Positions 52,113-64,000 of a stretch of 64,000 nucleotides of DNA are shown here, piece after piece. The position numbers were made by a program, and so were the translations under genes. Below the pieces are notes generated by a model. That model saw nothing but the letters and a program-made list of their open reading frames with translations. It did no database searches and was not told the DNA's origin. Origin of the DNA: Raja brachyura (taxonomy: Eukaryota); the NCBI GenBank assembly GCA_963514005.1, contig OY740782.1, positions 76,198,001-76,262,000 of the forward strand. The letters are read 5' to 3'. The number at the start of each line of letters is the position of its first letter. Position 1 is the first letter of the stretch.

Positions 52113-52142
52113 TGGGGGGGGGGGGGGGGGGGGAGGGGGGGG
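52113..52142 (+). repeat. Poly-G run (~30 nt)
   Basis: Read directly. Confidence 0.9.
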
Positions 52143-52296
52143 ATGTTGTCCATTAATGCCGAGTGTCTGCTATAACCGAGTAAGCCATTATCATTGCATG
52201 CAGTAGAAATAAAGAACCACAGATGATGGTTAATACCCAAAATGACACAAGGTACTGGGGGAGCTCAGTGGGTCAGGCAGCATGTCTGGAGAACAT

Positions 52297-52890
52297 CTCT
52301 GGTGAAACCACATATGGAGCATTGTGTACAGGTTTGGTCTCCTAATTTGAGGAAGGACATCCTGTTGATTAAGACAGTGCAGCGTAGGTTCACGAGATTG
52401 ATCCCTGGGATGGCGGGACTGTCATATGAGGAAAGATTGAAAAGGCTAGGCTTGTATTCACTGGAGTTTAGAAGGATGAGGGGGCATCTTATAGAAACAT
52501 ATAAAATTATAAAAGGACTGGACAAGCTGGATGCAGGAAAATTGTTCCAATGTGGGGGCGGGTCCAGAACCAGAGGCCACAGTCTTAGAATAAAGGGGAG
52601 GTCATTTAAGACAGAGGTGAGAAAAAACATTTTCACCCAGAGAGTTGTGAATTTATGGAATTCCCTGCCACAGAGGGCAGTGGAGGCCAAGTCACTCGAT
52701 GGTTTTAAGGGAGAGTTAGATAGAGCTCTAAGGGCTAGTGTAGTCAAGGGATATGGGGAGAAGGCAGGAACGGGATATTGATAGGGGACAATTAGCCATG
52801 ATTACAATGAATGGCGGTGCTGGCTCGAAGGGCCGAAGGGGCGAATGGCCTCCTCCTGCACCTATTTTCTATGTTTCTATGTTTCTATGT
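52297..52890 (+). mobile_element. CR1 3' fragment inserted into a PLE-derived repeat (52203-52296 + 52891-52930)
   Basis: ORF LVKPHMEHCVQVWSP...WNSLP; (TTCTATGT)n tail; TSD AACAT at 52292-52296 and 52891-52895. Confidence 0.93.
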
Positions 52891-53709
52891 AACATGGATA
52901 GGTGACATTAGATCCCTTCTTCAGACTGATATTGGCGCTGATGCCGCTGGTCTGCACCAGTGAGCCCTTCTTCATCATTCCACCCGATTGTTGTTGCGGT
53001 CACATTGTATCCCCTAGCTGACAGTGCTTTCTTCAGGCTACTGCCAATGACAAGACGTGCTCAGTCACCATGAGGCTCCCTCCTCTGTCACCAGCTGCTG
53101 CTTCTTCCTTCGCTTCATCTGCCACCTCCTCCTCCCTACCCTCCTCAGTCACCGACATCTTCCAAGGTGGAGTATATCAGCGTCTCTGGGGGCAGGAGAT
53201 GGCAGTGGAGGAGAGGGAAGAGGCTGAGTGGACAGAGCGACGGAGGACAAAAGTAGGAAACTCCACAGTGACCGAGAGCGAACAATTGGTGGCAGCAGCC
53301 TGAAGCTCCCAGAGGCTTCAATGTGAGCTGTAACAATTGACATGTCAACTGGACCAGGCAATGGGGGAAGAAGGGCTCACTGGTGCACCTTGCCACCTGG
53401 GTGTGGCGTTGGAAGCCGGGGTTGTAAGCAGAGGGGAGGTGGTGCAAGCCGGGGGTGGCATCAACAGGTCCGTCTGCTATAACTGAAATCTATTATAAAG
53501 GGGTCCCTCGTTGGCCTGTAGATCCCAAGCTAGTCCTTGCTCCCTGTCGTAAATAATAGCACGCCACCAGTCTTATGAAATTGCACCTACAGCTAAAGAT
53601 GATGCACATATCTCTGCAGGGCCTCACATTTTCCTCCCCAGCTTCACACAGGGTTCGCAGATAGGAGTCACTGCATGACTTAAGCTCCAGTGCAGCAAAA
53701 TTACAGTGA

Positions 53710-54365
53710 AACATAGAAATATAGAAAACATAGAAAATACGTGCAGGAGCAGGCCATTCGGCCTTTCGAGCCAGCACCGCCATTCAATGTGATCATGGCT
53801 GATCATCCAAAATCAATACCCCGTTCTGGCTTTTCCCCCACATCCCTTGATTCCTTTAGCCCTAACAGCTAAATCTAACTCTTTCTTGAAAACACCCATG
53901 AATTGGCCTCCACAGCCTTCTGTGGCAGAGAATTCCACTGATTCGCAACTCTCTGGGTGCAAATGTTTTTCCTCATCTCAGTTCGAAATGGCCTTCCCCT
54001 TATTCTTAAACTGTGACCCCTGGTTTTGGACTCCCCCAACATTGGAAACATTTTTCCTGCATCTACCCTGTCCAATCCTCTAAGAATTTTATATGTTTCT
54101 ATAAGATCCCCTCGCATTCTAAATTCCAGTGAGTACAAGCCCAGTCCAGCCATTCTTTCATCTTACTTCAGTCCCGCCATCCCGGGAATTAATCTGGTGA
54201 ACCTACGCTGCACTCCCACAATAGCAATAATTTTCATCCTCAAATTAGGAGACCAAAATTGCACTCAATTCTCGAGGTGCGGTCTCACCGGGGCCCTGTA
54301 CAATTGCAGTAGGACCTCCTTGCTCCGAAACTCAAATCCTTTCGCAATGAAGGCCAACATTGGCT
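53710..54365 (-). mobile_element. CR1 3' fragment
   Basis: Tail (AACATAGA)n on the plus strand at 53710; minus ORF GLYSLEFRMRGDLIETYKIL. Confidence 0.92.
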
Positions 54366-54419
54366 TTCTTCACTTCAGAGTTAGAATATCACAGCACTGT
54401 GCGAAGTAGTGGATGATTG

Positions 54420-54590
54420 GGCAGGTGACATTTTGGGTCATCACCCTTGACGAAATTCAGAATCCAAAGAACGCTCTCAACCTAAAATGTCATCTGTCCA
54501 TTCCTCCAAAGATGCTGCCTGACCTGCTGAGTTCCTCTAGTACTTTGTGTTTTGCTCAAAATTGCAACATCTGCAGGGTTTTATTTTGTT
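54420..54590. mobile_element. Degraded inverted PLE-derived hammerhead-type repeat
   Basis: GGTGACATTTTGGGTC (minus arm) and CCTAAAATGTCATCTGTCCATTCC...GATGCTGCCTGACCTGCTGAGTTCC (plus arm). Confidence 0.65.
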
Positions 54591-55780
54591 TTTTGAGAAC
54601 AGGATGGATAATGCACAGGTAGAAAGGAGACAACTGTGCGGCAACTTAAATAGAAGGGGGAAACTATGAATGGTGATAATAGCATTGAAACTCATCGCGA
54701 AAATGAAAGACTGCAAGATGGAACAGTATGTGTAAGAGAGAGACACCAAGGATGTTACTTGTAATCATGGCTTGATGAACAGTGTTCACCAGCAACAGCA
54801 GAGCAGGCCCAGTTATACAAATATCTGAGCAACGCCATGGGGGATCAACTTGAATAATAAAACCATCAGATGAATGAAAGTGATTCCAAGGCTGTAATCT
54901 CATCACAGGGTTCAGATAAAGGTTATAAACAGCAGGCTTTCACTCCGTAGTTTATGGCACCATCTGAACTCAGAGCGATTACTCTTTGTAATCACTCTGA
55001 GGTCTGCTATATTTTTATATAACATATGTCTACACACAATGTCTCATTGACTAACAATGGGAAAATGAAAGGATAGAGAAATCCATCTTGTTCCTTATTG
55101 TCTTTAATGGGTGGAAGTACAGAACAAGCTTCCACTGTTGATCTAATAGCCTAAGCAATAAAATGATTCACTAAATGAAGAAAATAAAGCCGGCATAAAT
55201 ATGAAACACTGCATAAATATGAGGCTACCACTCTTGTCACAAATGTAGACTGGCTTATTACAAATATTATGAGTATTATTTTATCAATAATATCTCAATC
55301 ATAATAATGTTACACATTTAATAGCCTTGCTTATTTTAAGTTCCATTTTTTGAAATAGGATGTACTTTGCAGATGTACAGATTATGTTTTCCAGTGACTA
55401 ATGATTTATTGACTGATTGCAATAATCTGATGGTAGAGAGTTTTGTGGCAAATTACTTGGCAGTCATTGAAACCTAATTGTTAGAACATGCAACTGCAAA
55501 CACCTGAGCTCACGTGGAACCTGAACAATTGGCACTGAGAACAAAGATTGTCCAGAGTGTGATTAACGATAGGGATGTAAATTGTGCTTGTTTTGTGAGG
55601 ATATACTTTTCCCTGAGTTTCCAATCAAACTCACCAATTGAATGAAGAAGCACAAACCAGTGTCATGGGCAGTATTTTAAAGGGGTATTTTCTTTAGTAA
55701 GCAGCTTTTACATATTTCTTGCCCTATTTTAGAATGATAAAAGTGCAGTTTAATTAATGCAATTGAAGACCACATGACAA

Positions 55781-55883
55781 CATCAGTCTGAAGAAGGGTC
55801 TTGACCCAAAACGTCACCTATTCCTTTTCTCCAGAGATACTGCTTGATCTGCTGAATTACTCCAGTTTTTAATGTCTATATTT
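55781..55883 (+). mobile_element. Solo ~100-bp PLE-derived hammerhead-type insertion
   Basis: CAGTCTGAAGAAGGGTCTTGACCCAAAACGTCACC... with CpG-type decay of core G12. Flanked by CATGACAA / CATGATAA. Confidence 0.85.
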
Positions 55884-56173
55884 CATGATAAAAGTTGTTC
55901 TCATAGCCTCAATTTTCTACCTCTTTCTAACAATTTAAAATTTACCAAAGCTATGGAGAAGACTCTGCCACTATATTAAGTTAGAATAATCAGTTTAAGG
56001 ATAAGCCTATCTATAAAATCACATCTCTTAAAACATTCCTGGTAGCAATTTTGTAGGTAATTCTTATTTGGATTCTTTTTGATGCACAGGTTAGTCATTT
56101 TCTGTGTGGCTCTTGGTTTATTTTTTTAAACTAATGCAAATTATTGCAAAAGCTCAATTTGACGTAAATATAG

Positions 56174-56270
56174 GGTTACACAAAAAGCTGGAGAAACTCA
56201 GCGGGTGCAGCAGCATCTAAGGAGCGAAGGAGATAGGCGACGTTTCGGGCCGAGACCCTTCTTCAGACTT
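56174..56270 (-). mobile_element. Solo 97-bp PLE-derived hammerhead-type insertion, young
   Basis: Almost identical to 21833-21928. Perfect TSD CGTAAATATAG at 56163-56173 and 56271-56281. Confidence 0.95.
56239..56266 (-). ncRNA. Minimal hammerhead-ribozyme-like core
   Basis: CUGAAGA-A-GGGU(CUCG)GCCC-GAAAC-GUC; stem II is kept through a U:G wobble. Confidence 0.7.
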
Positions 56271-57864
56271 CGTAAATATAGTTTGCACCTAGAACTCTGG
56301 GACATTTTCTAGAATTGCACCAATTTTTGAATTATGCTGACAAAATCCTTGCAATGGGGAGAAAGTCAACCCTTTGTGGTTTAACTTTCTGGCAGTAGCG
56401 TCTTTAAATATTTACATTTACAATCCCCTGTATATTTGTTGATTTCAATCCCCTCTTCCACTCCACCTGTGCAGCAAAATTAAAAAAAAAACCTGCCTGA
56501 ATTTGTTGACAATGTTTGTAACATAATTGCTCACTTCATGATTATTGCACCAGAACATGATGCTGGTGCTCTCCTAGTTTCTGGAAGTTGTACTTCCTGT
56601 CACACAGCAGAAAAATGATGTCAACCAGGATGCAATACTGAAGGGCTCCCTCTAATTTTGTGCAGGGAACTGGCGATCATTTGTCATAAGCTTATGGAAA
56701 GTGGGCCGAAAGCTATTGCAGGCATTCTTAAACATCCACCAGCAAATATGTCGACAGGTACAGAGACAAAATGACAGATTAGCAACACGCTCAAATACTT
56801 CCTACAGCAGGACAGAGCCTACTGAAATCGTGGTTTAAAACAGCCATTCAACCTGAGATTAAAAATGTTTTACAATATTCAAATACAGTGTATATTGAAA
56901 AACGTGGAACTAATTTCCATAATCTTGCAATTTCTAAAGCATCGCTAGAGTTGTCATGACTATTTCCCTGGCGATTTTGATATGGTATTACAGAAGGGGG
57001 TTGGGCTTCATTTCCACATTCAGGCTGACAGTAAATCTGAAGGTATATTTAATGGCAATATTATACTGAATCACTGGGCTAAAACTTGACATCAGTTCCG
57101 TGACTCACTACTCAAACAAATAATTTTATGGGCAGAGGTAACACTGGGAATTGAACGTTTTATTCCCATGTAACAAGGTTCTTAATCAGTCAGCTACAGA
57201 GAGGTTACAGGAACAACTCATGCTAGCTAATGAGGATTGTTAAAATGCCCTTCACAGCCATATTACTTCTCATTAACATTAAGTAAACATTTAATTAAGC
57301 ATATTTTAGAGCCTGTTTTATTATTACAAATTGAATGATCTGGGCGATTGGAACATGCAGCGTGAGGCACAGTGACCTTTCCAAGCCCTGGAACCAGTTG
57401 CAGCTTAGGCTATGTGGTTGAAAGGCTCCTTTTTCTTCTCGGTTGGACATGATTTGAAAGAAGCAGGTTTGAGCTGGATCCATTTCATCTCCTGGTAAAT
57501 GGCTCCACGCTGTTCATGATTGGTGTTGAATGGTACCAAACTGACAATCTCACTACTGTGTGGGAAATAGAAATGTCGCACCAGTGTTTTATAGTGCGCT
57601 GTTGGGCAGCACAGGGAGATTTATTTTCCACCTAACTCATTTAAGAGTGCTCGACGCTGACATTCCATGGGCAGTGTGGACATTCCTCCACACTAACATT
57701 TTTTATACTCTGCGTATATATTTTCAAAAAAACTGTGAATCATGGTTTGCTCAAAATTCACCCACATCACCCAGGCAATTGTAATTGAACCTCAGTGGAC
57801 TTTATCAAATGATATATTATTTTCTGAACTATTTCCATGCTTGCACAAGAAAAGCATACACTTT

Positions 57865-58175
57865 GGGATAGCACAGTGGCACACCGGCAGAGTTGCTGCC
57901 TTACAGCGCCAGAGACCCAGGTTTAATCCTGGCCTCTAGTGCTCTCAGTATGGAGTTTGTATGTTCTCCCTGTGACCACATGGATTTTCTCCAGGTTCTC
58001 TGGTTTCTTCCCACGCTCCAAAAGACCTATAGGTTTGTAGGTTAATTGACTTTGGTAAGTTGTAAAATTGTCCAGTGTGTGTAGGTTAATGTGTAGGTGA
58101 TTGCTGGCTTGCGCGGACTTGGTGTGCCGAAGGGTTTGATTTGAGCTGTACCTCTAATGTCTAAAGACTAAAGAC
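57865..58175 (+). mobile_element. tRNA-derived SINE, HE1/V-SINE-like, near full-length
   Basis: tRNA-like head (GCACAGTGGC...GGTTTAATCC), central TGGAGTTTGTATGTTCTCCCTGTG domain, CR1-like end (GCCGAAGGG...GCTGTA) and (CTAAAGA)n tail. Confidence 0.82.
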
Positions 58176-58799
58176 TTAGGTCTCTTCAAATCATATTCTG
58201 TGGGATTAATTTTACATGGAATATGAAGTTCTGTTAATCACATGATGAGGTATGCAATGTTGTGATTGTAATTCTGGATAAATAGAAACTAGTAGAGTGC
58301 TAAAAATTAGTTCTACACAGTTGAATTTCTACACCTGTGAGTTCAGATGTTAAGTTATGAGTCTGATTGTGTGACTTAGTTCTAGTGCTACTAAAGATAC
58401 ACTCCTTTGTACAGGTATTGTCATGTGTGTGTATTTTAGGAGATCTTTAAAAATCCCATGGCACCAACTGAAGTACAGGAAGTACGCCCGTTTGCATAAG
58501 GTAATTGAGACTTAAATCAACTCAAGTTTAGGCTTGATGTAGAGAGCAGGCACTTTGAAATTAAAGTAAATATTAATTGCAAAAATATTATTTCAATGCA
58601 CTTTCTTGGAGAGTTTCACATTTTCTGTAAGCAAAGCAAAATGAAAAAGGAAATTTTAGGAAGGAATAAATAAAGCAAAACTATAGTAGTTGTTAGTTAA
58701 TGTCACCATTTAAATGGCGGTAGCTTAATTATAGAAGTGTTGCTTGGGTTTTTATTTTGAGGAGTTAGTGATGTTATTCCCTTTTCTCCACAACCTGCT

Positions 58800-58895
58800 T
58801 CTCTGAAGTCTGAAGTCTCCTGAAACATTACCTATCCATATTCTCCAGAGATGCAGCCTGACCCGCCAATTCATCCCAGCACTTTGTGTTGTTTC
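58800..58895 (+). mobile_element. Degraded PLE-derived short repeat
   Basis: GTCTGAAG...CTGAAACATTACCTATCCATATTCTCCAGAGATGCAGCCTGACCCGC. Confidence 0.7.
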
Positions 58896-60099
58896 TGTTT
58901 CTTCTCCTCTCGGTTATTAGTCTATTGTCAATTTGCAGCTGAAGCTTCTCTTACCTCAGTTTAAAAAAAATCCTGATATATTTTTAAATCATGGTGAAAA
59001 TGGAAGCAAATGTTATCAATGCAACAAACTTGACATTGCATCTTCTGGGTTAGGAACAAGAGATTGATTGGTTGGTTATATCAGAAACAGGCAAATGGAA
59101 GTTGCAGAGCATGGTAGGAGATTTTAGTGAGCAGCACCTGGTTATCAGGAGCCCTCAGTGGCAACAGGTGTACAGGAGCTGATGACAATGGTACAAGTGT
59201 CAAGTAAGAACTCACCACACTATGCAATGCACGAAGGGGAATAATTGAACTATTGTTGATTGGATCACACCTCTGCTGCGCCTGGTCCTATACCTCCTGC
59301 ATAGCCGACCCCACCGCACCCACACTTCTGCCCCCAACCCTGACCCCACATCACATCAGTTCCCCACCTCTGACTCCACCATCTAAAAATATGTCTTACT
59401 CCCTTGAACCTCTCAACTAACCATATGCCAGTTAACTCCAGCTGTTCCACCATTCATATTTGCCACATTCCAAAAATGACTAAACCCTTAGTTCTATGAC
59501 CCAACGCCCTCCCCGAAGCTTCTACCCACCTGATTCCAGTATCCTCAACCTACAACCCCTTGCCCTTTCTCTACCTCTCCCTATCTGCTCCACAACCAGC
59601 TTCTCTGAAGTCTCAGGAAGGGTCCCAACTGCTTAATCCTCACCGATGGTTCCTTTGTGACTTTCAGCCCACACACAGTAGATGGCCTCACGAATGATCA
59701 AGGGTTTGGATATGGGTGACTTTAATAAAACTGTTGTGAAACCTTGCAAAACATTTTTAAAGTTAATTTCCAGTCATGAAAAAATCCTTAGCGCTGTCAG
59801 CTAATGTTGTACTGAAGCTTATTGAACTGCAAGATATTGGGTTTGATCCTTGGACTGTACTGATTCAAGAACCTTAGTTGATTATGGAGTCATGAGCCAA
59901 GTTGGCAGAACTGAGAGAGAAGATTTTTCAAAGGCACCTGGGTGTAAGTGGATGGTTGGATGCAAGATATCTGACAGTGGCTGTGATGCTTTCTCTTATC
60001 AAGTAGCCCTTGATGAAATGTTGAGATGATGAGATGCGATGACACATGAAGAGATGATGATATATCTTCGTTAGACCACATACTGACATTACCAGGAGT

Positions 60100-60296
60100 A
60101 AGACGCAAAAGTGTGGAGTAACTCAGCGGGTTAGACAGCATATCTGGAAAAAAGGAATAGATGACGTTTTTGGTCAAGACCCTTCTTCATTATCATATTT
60201 AATTTCTCCAGAGATGCTGTCTGAACCGCTGAGTTACTCCAGCTTTTTTGTGTCTATCTTCGGTTTAAACCAGCATGTGCAGTTACTGCCTACACA
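60100..60296. mobile_element. Palindromic PLE-derived repeat with partial central deletion
   Basis: GGAGTAACTCAGCGGGTTAGACAGCAT...CCCTTCTTCA, then the inverted arm ATGCTGTCTGAACCGCTGAGTTACTCC. Confidence 0.8.
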
Positions 60297-61574
60297 TTAT
60301 CAAGAGGAAGACAGAAGAAAGATAAAGGGAACAAACTTGACCTTGAATACACAAAGAACTGCTTGACGCAGGGTTTCTATTTTGGGTCCAGTTGTTGATT
60401 TGTAGTTCTACCCACTTTGAAAAACATTTACCTTGGAATTACTGATTGCCCTTACCTTGGTGACTGAATGGGCTGAAAAATAGCAAAAATGGTGAAAGGG
60501 CATATTTTAGAAAGATCGACATGATGGTTTCTTCAATGAACCATGCACAGAAACATTAACTTGGCGCTGCTGGTTTGCAGAGCTTGCAGTGGATTGCAGC
60601 ACTTTCACATAAATCCTGGGAAGCAAGTCAGTTCTGACAGCACACTCTCTGCATCGGAGCAGGAAAGGCTGCCACTGAGGCGAGAATAATGGAAAGTGGC
60701 GATGGAGGAACAAGATGCTCTCTAGGGTATCTGAACCCAACCCATGCAATGGCACTGCCCAATCTATCCCTCTACTGTGAATGACCCCCAAGCCTCTGTG
60801 TGCTGCCAGTGGATCAATGGGCCAGTGATTACAGCATGCAGGCCACAAGTGGTCGGTACAGAAGCTGTGATCAGTGAAGAGAGCTTGAGGGAATTACCTA
60901 ACATACCGGTCGCCATTGAAAAGTGCAACCAGGATTTGCTGTGGACAGGAAATTGAAGGGATGTTTTAACTGCTCTCTCATTCCTAAACATTGTGTAATG
61001 TGCTGTTGTGTGTTTTTTTGTGTTAGCAACAGAAGTCATGGATTAGACTCAAAAGCTCCAGTTTCTTCCTGCAGTGAAGGAAACTGGCCTGGCAGCACCT
61101 TGTGATGCCATTATATGTGACCGGCACAGGGCAGACATCAGCTGGGTGCTGGCCCTTCATGCCAGGAAATGTCCAGGCCAATTTCCCTGATATACTTGGT
61201 AAAGTTGGATTAATACAGTAAAAATGAATGATTACCCAAGAAGCAGGTATGATAAATGACAGTTGCAATCCATCACCAGTGGGTGACCTGATTATTAATT
61301 ATAGAAAAATATACAGAACTATTTTCTATTTAGATTGGGACACGGCTGTCATGCCCACTGCAACTTTCAAACATATTCCATTTTGAATCTTTTCTTTACG
61401 CACCTCTTCCTACTATTTCTCCCAGAACATCCAGCTTCATTATTGGAGCTTCTTCGAAGGCCTGCAAAAGGGACAGAATCAGAGGAAACCGCAAATGAAT
61501 TCATCCTGGGAGCAGAGCCTGCCTTTGGGTGAAGGCAAGCTAGCGTTAAACTCATTGCTTTTGCAAAATTAGCG

Positions 61575-61705
61575 GCAAGGATTGAGAAGGTCTGATTTCT
61601 TGATTAGTATGGGTGTCATTGATGATCTATTCATGATTGAATGGCAGAGTAGACTTGATGGGCCGAATGGTCTAATTCTGCTCCTAGTACTCATGACCTT
61701 ATGAA
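61575..61705 (+). mobile_element. CR1 3' UTR remnant
   Basis: GATTGAATGGCAGAGTAGACTTGATGGGCCGAATGG...CTGCTCCTA matches the reverse complement of 50685-50740. Confidence 0.75.
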
Positions 61706-63174
61706 ATTATGAATTTACAGCAAACACCATTTACGCTTAAAATTCTGCAGCTTCTTCACTGAATAAAGCAAGCCCACTGAATGGTAGTTTTGGGGCCCAG
61801 GGAAGCTTAAGGATGTGATAGTGAGCTGAGTGATGCCAACAAATAATTAAATAAATCATGTGATGAAAATGAGTACATAGCTGTGGTGGCCTGAGCAAAC
61901 TTGTAAATAAGGCAATAAATGAAGATAATGTATGGTGCTTAAGACAGGTAATGTGGGCACTACATTTTCAAATGGAAGTAATGCCATTAAATTAATTGAT
62001 TAATTCATATCTTTTCCACTCATTTCTGTGAAAGCTTTGAATATTCAGTTCAGAAATTCTGCAGGTACTAATTAAATAAAATGATGGCTTTCCTATGCCT
62101 GATGTACAACAAACATCATGGATCAGACTGAAAATAAGTGCTTAATATAGACAGCTTTAAACTGTAGCAATATTGCTACTTGTTTTGCTGTTGACAAGAT
62201 GTTATAGAGGTTAGTGCTTACTGTAGCTCAATTATGTGTTCACCATTAACGGCATGTCAGTCATGAGAAATAATTCAGAGAATCCTTGCTCCCCCACACA
62301 TAATTAAGTTGACAAAGGTACCAACTGCAAAATCAGATCAATAAAAGATGCCAAAAATGAAATTCAATCATCACCAGATCTTAGCTGATTTGTATCTGAA
62401 ATTAATCTCTGGAGAGGAAATTATAAATGCTTCATGTTTAAAATGTTTAGAAAGAGACCTAAATATAATGACCTTAATTCATAATTAATTCACTGCAAGA
62501 AAAAACTGAAAATGTACATTACAATAGAAGTCAGATACCCATTACGGGCTGTCAGTTGCATATAATATGATACCGTTTTTCACAGAATTCTAGACTTGTT
62601 TCCTAACCATGTATTAATTAGATTTTTTTCCCTCTGCTCTACTGCAGTCAGGATTGTGTGGATGTGTTACGGCCATTTCTTGATTTGTTTGTTTTCCTTC
62701 GTTACTACCTGTGTCATCAGACAAAGACATCTCAAATTAAAAATGATGCCACTTTTTAAAGCTTTAGAATTTTGCCTTTAACTACGTATAATGCCTTGGA
62801 GGGTAATCTACAAAAAAATTAAACTTCCTATCGGGGTGTGGAGTGGATACCATTGTTAAAGAGGTTAGCATGAGAGAGAAATGGGAAGCCAATGTTGAAA
62901 TAAAAGTAGGGCTTACTTGAGTGGTGCAGGATACAAATGTAGGGATTGTAAAGGATGATTCACTTGCTCTGGAGCATGATTTATTCAACTTGTATTTCCC
63001 TACATTTTTTTTCTAATTTCAGCTTTCAGATGACCTTAATTCTGCTCCTTATTTCCTTGGCCGCATTTGCAAGTAATGCGAATCTGAGAATGGCCAGCAG
63101 CAATTCCAACTAATCACTACTGAATGAGCCTCAGTCTGCACCTCTTAAAGAGGAGGTGCTCATTGTTTACAACC

Positions 63175-63540
63175 AGTGAATCCCTCTTTCCTCCTTCCAT
63201 CAGGCAGAAGATCCAACAGCTTGAAAGCATGTACCAGCAGATTCAAGAACATCTTCTTTCCTGCTGTTATCAAACTAGAGCAGACCGCCCATACGCTAGG
63301 GTGTAACCACGATCTTCCTACCTACCTCCAAGTGAACCTTGGACCTTTCTCTCTGTAATTGTAATTCCCTAATGTTGTAACACTATATCCTGCACTTTGG
63401 TATATTTCACTTTTGACCATCTCTTGTACTTGTGCATGATGTAATTGTACTCATGTACAGTATGATTTGAGTTGTTAGCATGCAAACAAAACTTTTCACT
63501 GTAGCTCTTTTACATGACAATAATAATCCAATATCAATTT
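63175..63540 (+). mobile_element. Degraded Rex-type LINE 3' end
   Basis: Translation LLPSGRRSNSLKACTSRFKNIFFPAVIKL; terminal TTTTCACTGT...ACATGACAATAA. Confidence 0.8.
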
Positions 63541-64000
63541 CATGGAAAATTTCAAAGACTGCAGTTGACCCAGGTTTCAAATATGGTTCTGACAAAATAT
63601 TTGCTTGAATGCTGCCTTGCTTGACAAAATGGAGAGAATGAGGGAGGTCCTCAACCCACAGATCCTCGATCTATAATCAAACGGCAGTAGGATGGTGCCA
63701 TGCTCAAAGGCAAATCCAGGAGTGAATCCCCAAGGGCAACATTACAACATGGTTACAAAGTTTAATTATCTCACACCTGGGATCAAGTCCAATGAGTCAG
63801 CTTTTAAAGTTATACATTCACAGGACACCAATTAATAGATAGTTAGCATTTACTGGTCATTCTTGATTGCCCCTAAAATGAGGTGATTTAAGTCAACTCC
63901 ATTATTGGACCAGTAATCACATACAGGCCAGATGTATAACGCTTCCTTTCCTATCATTGGTGAACCAGATGAGTTTTACAACAATCCAGTAGTGCATTGG

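Larger units (their letters stand above)
52078..53510. mobile_element. Possible Tc1/mariner-pogo-type MITE interrupted by a PLE repeat and CR1
   Basis: Left end CAGTAAACCTTCATTATAATGGA and right end TCTATTATAAAGGGGT are weakly inverted. Subterminal GTCTGCTATAAC occurs at both ~52165 and ~53473. Confidence 0.4.

Noticed and set aside
57865-57940. Possible tRNA gene
   Set aside because: It is the degenerate tRNA-derived head of a SINE; no intact cloverleaf.
343-63595. The many 60-150 aa ORFs in the track
   Set aside because: Many use GTG/TTG starts and have no recognisable domain. The longer ones are antisense or alternative frames of LINEs, the PLE or GC-rich repeats.

Overview
This is AT-rich, repeat-dense vertebrate DNA, intronic or intergenic. 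The mix of CR1, Rex1/Babar, HE1-like V-SINE and Penelope repeats suggests a cartilaginous fish, probably a skate or ray (inference). I could not support any host protein-coding exon; every recognisable ORF is transposon-derived. Contents: (i) about a dozen CR1 LINE pieces; (ii) two large Rex1/Babar LINEs, one with an in-frame deletion in its endonuclease; (iii) a young Penelope-like element (PLE) with an open Zn-finger/GIY-YIG frame that the ORF track missed; (iv) about 17 short PLE-derived repeats built around a minimal hammerhead-ribozyme motif (CUGAAGA-stem-GAAACGUC), occurring as ~100-bp solo inserts and as fold-back palindromes; (v) nested PIF/Harbinger-type MITEs; (vi) a complete non-autonomous Helitron carrying a 37-bp minisatellite; (vii) two related GC-rich non-coding retroelements that share a covarying hairpin but carry different Rex-type 3' tails; (viii) tRNA-derived SINEs; (ix) an isolated near-perfect 84-bp hairpin. 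All calls were made by eye, and boundaries of degraded copies are approximate.
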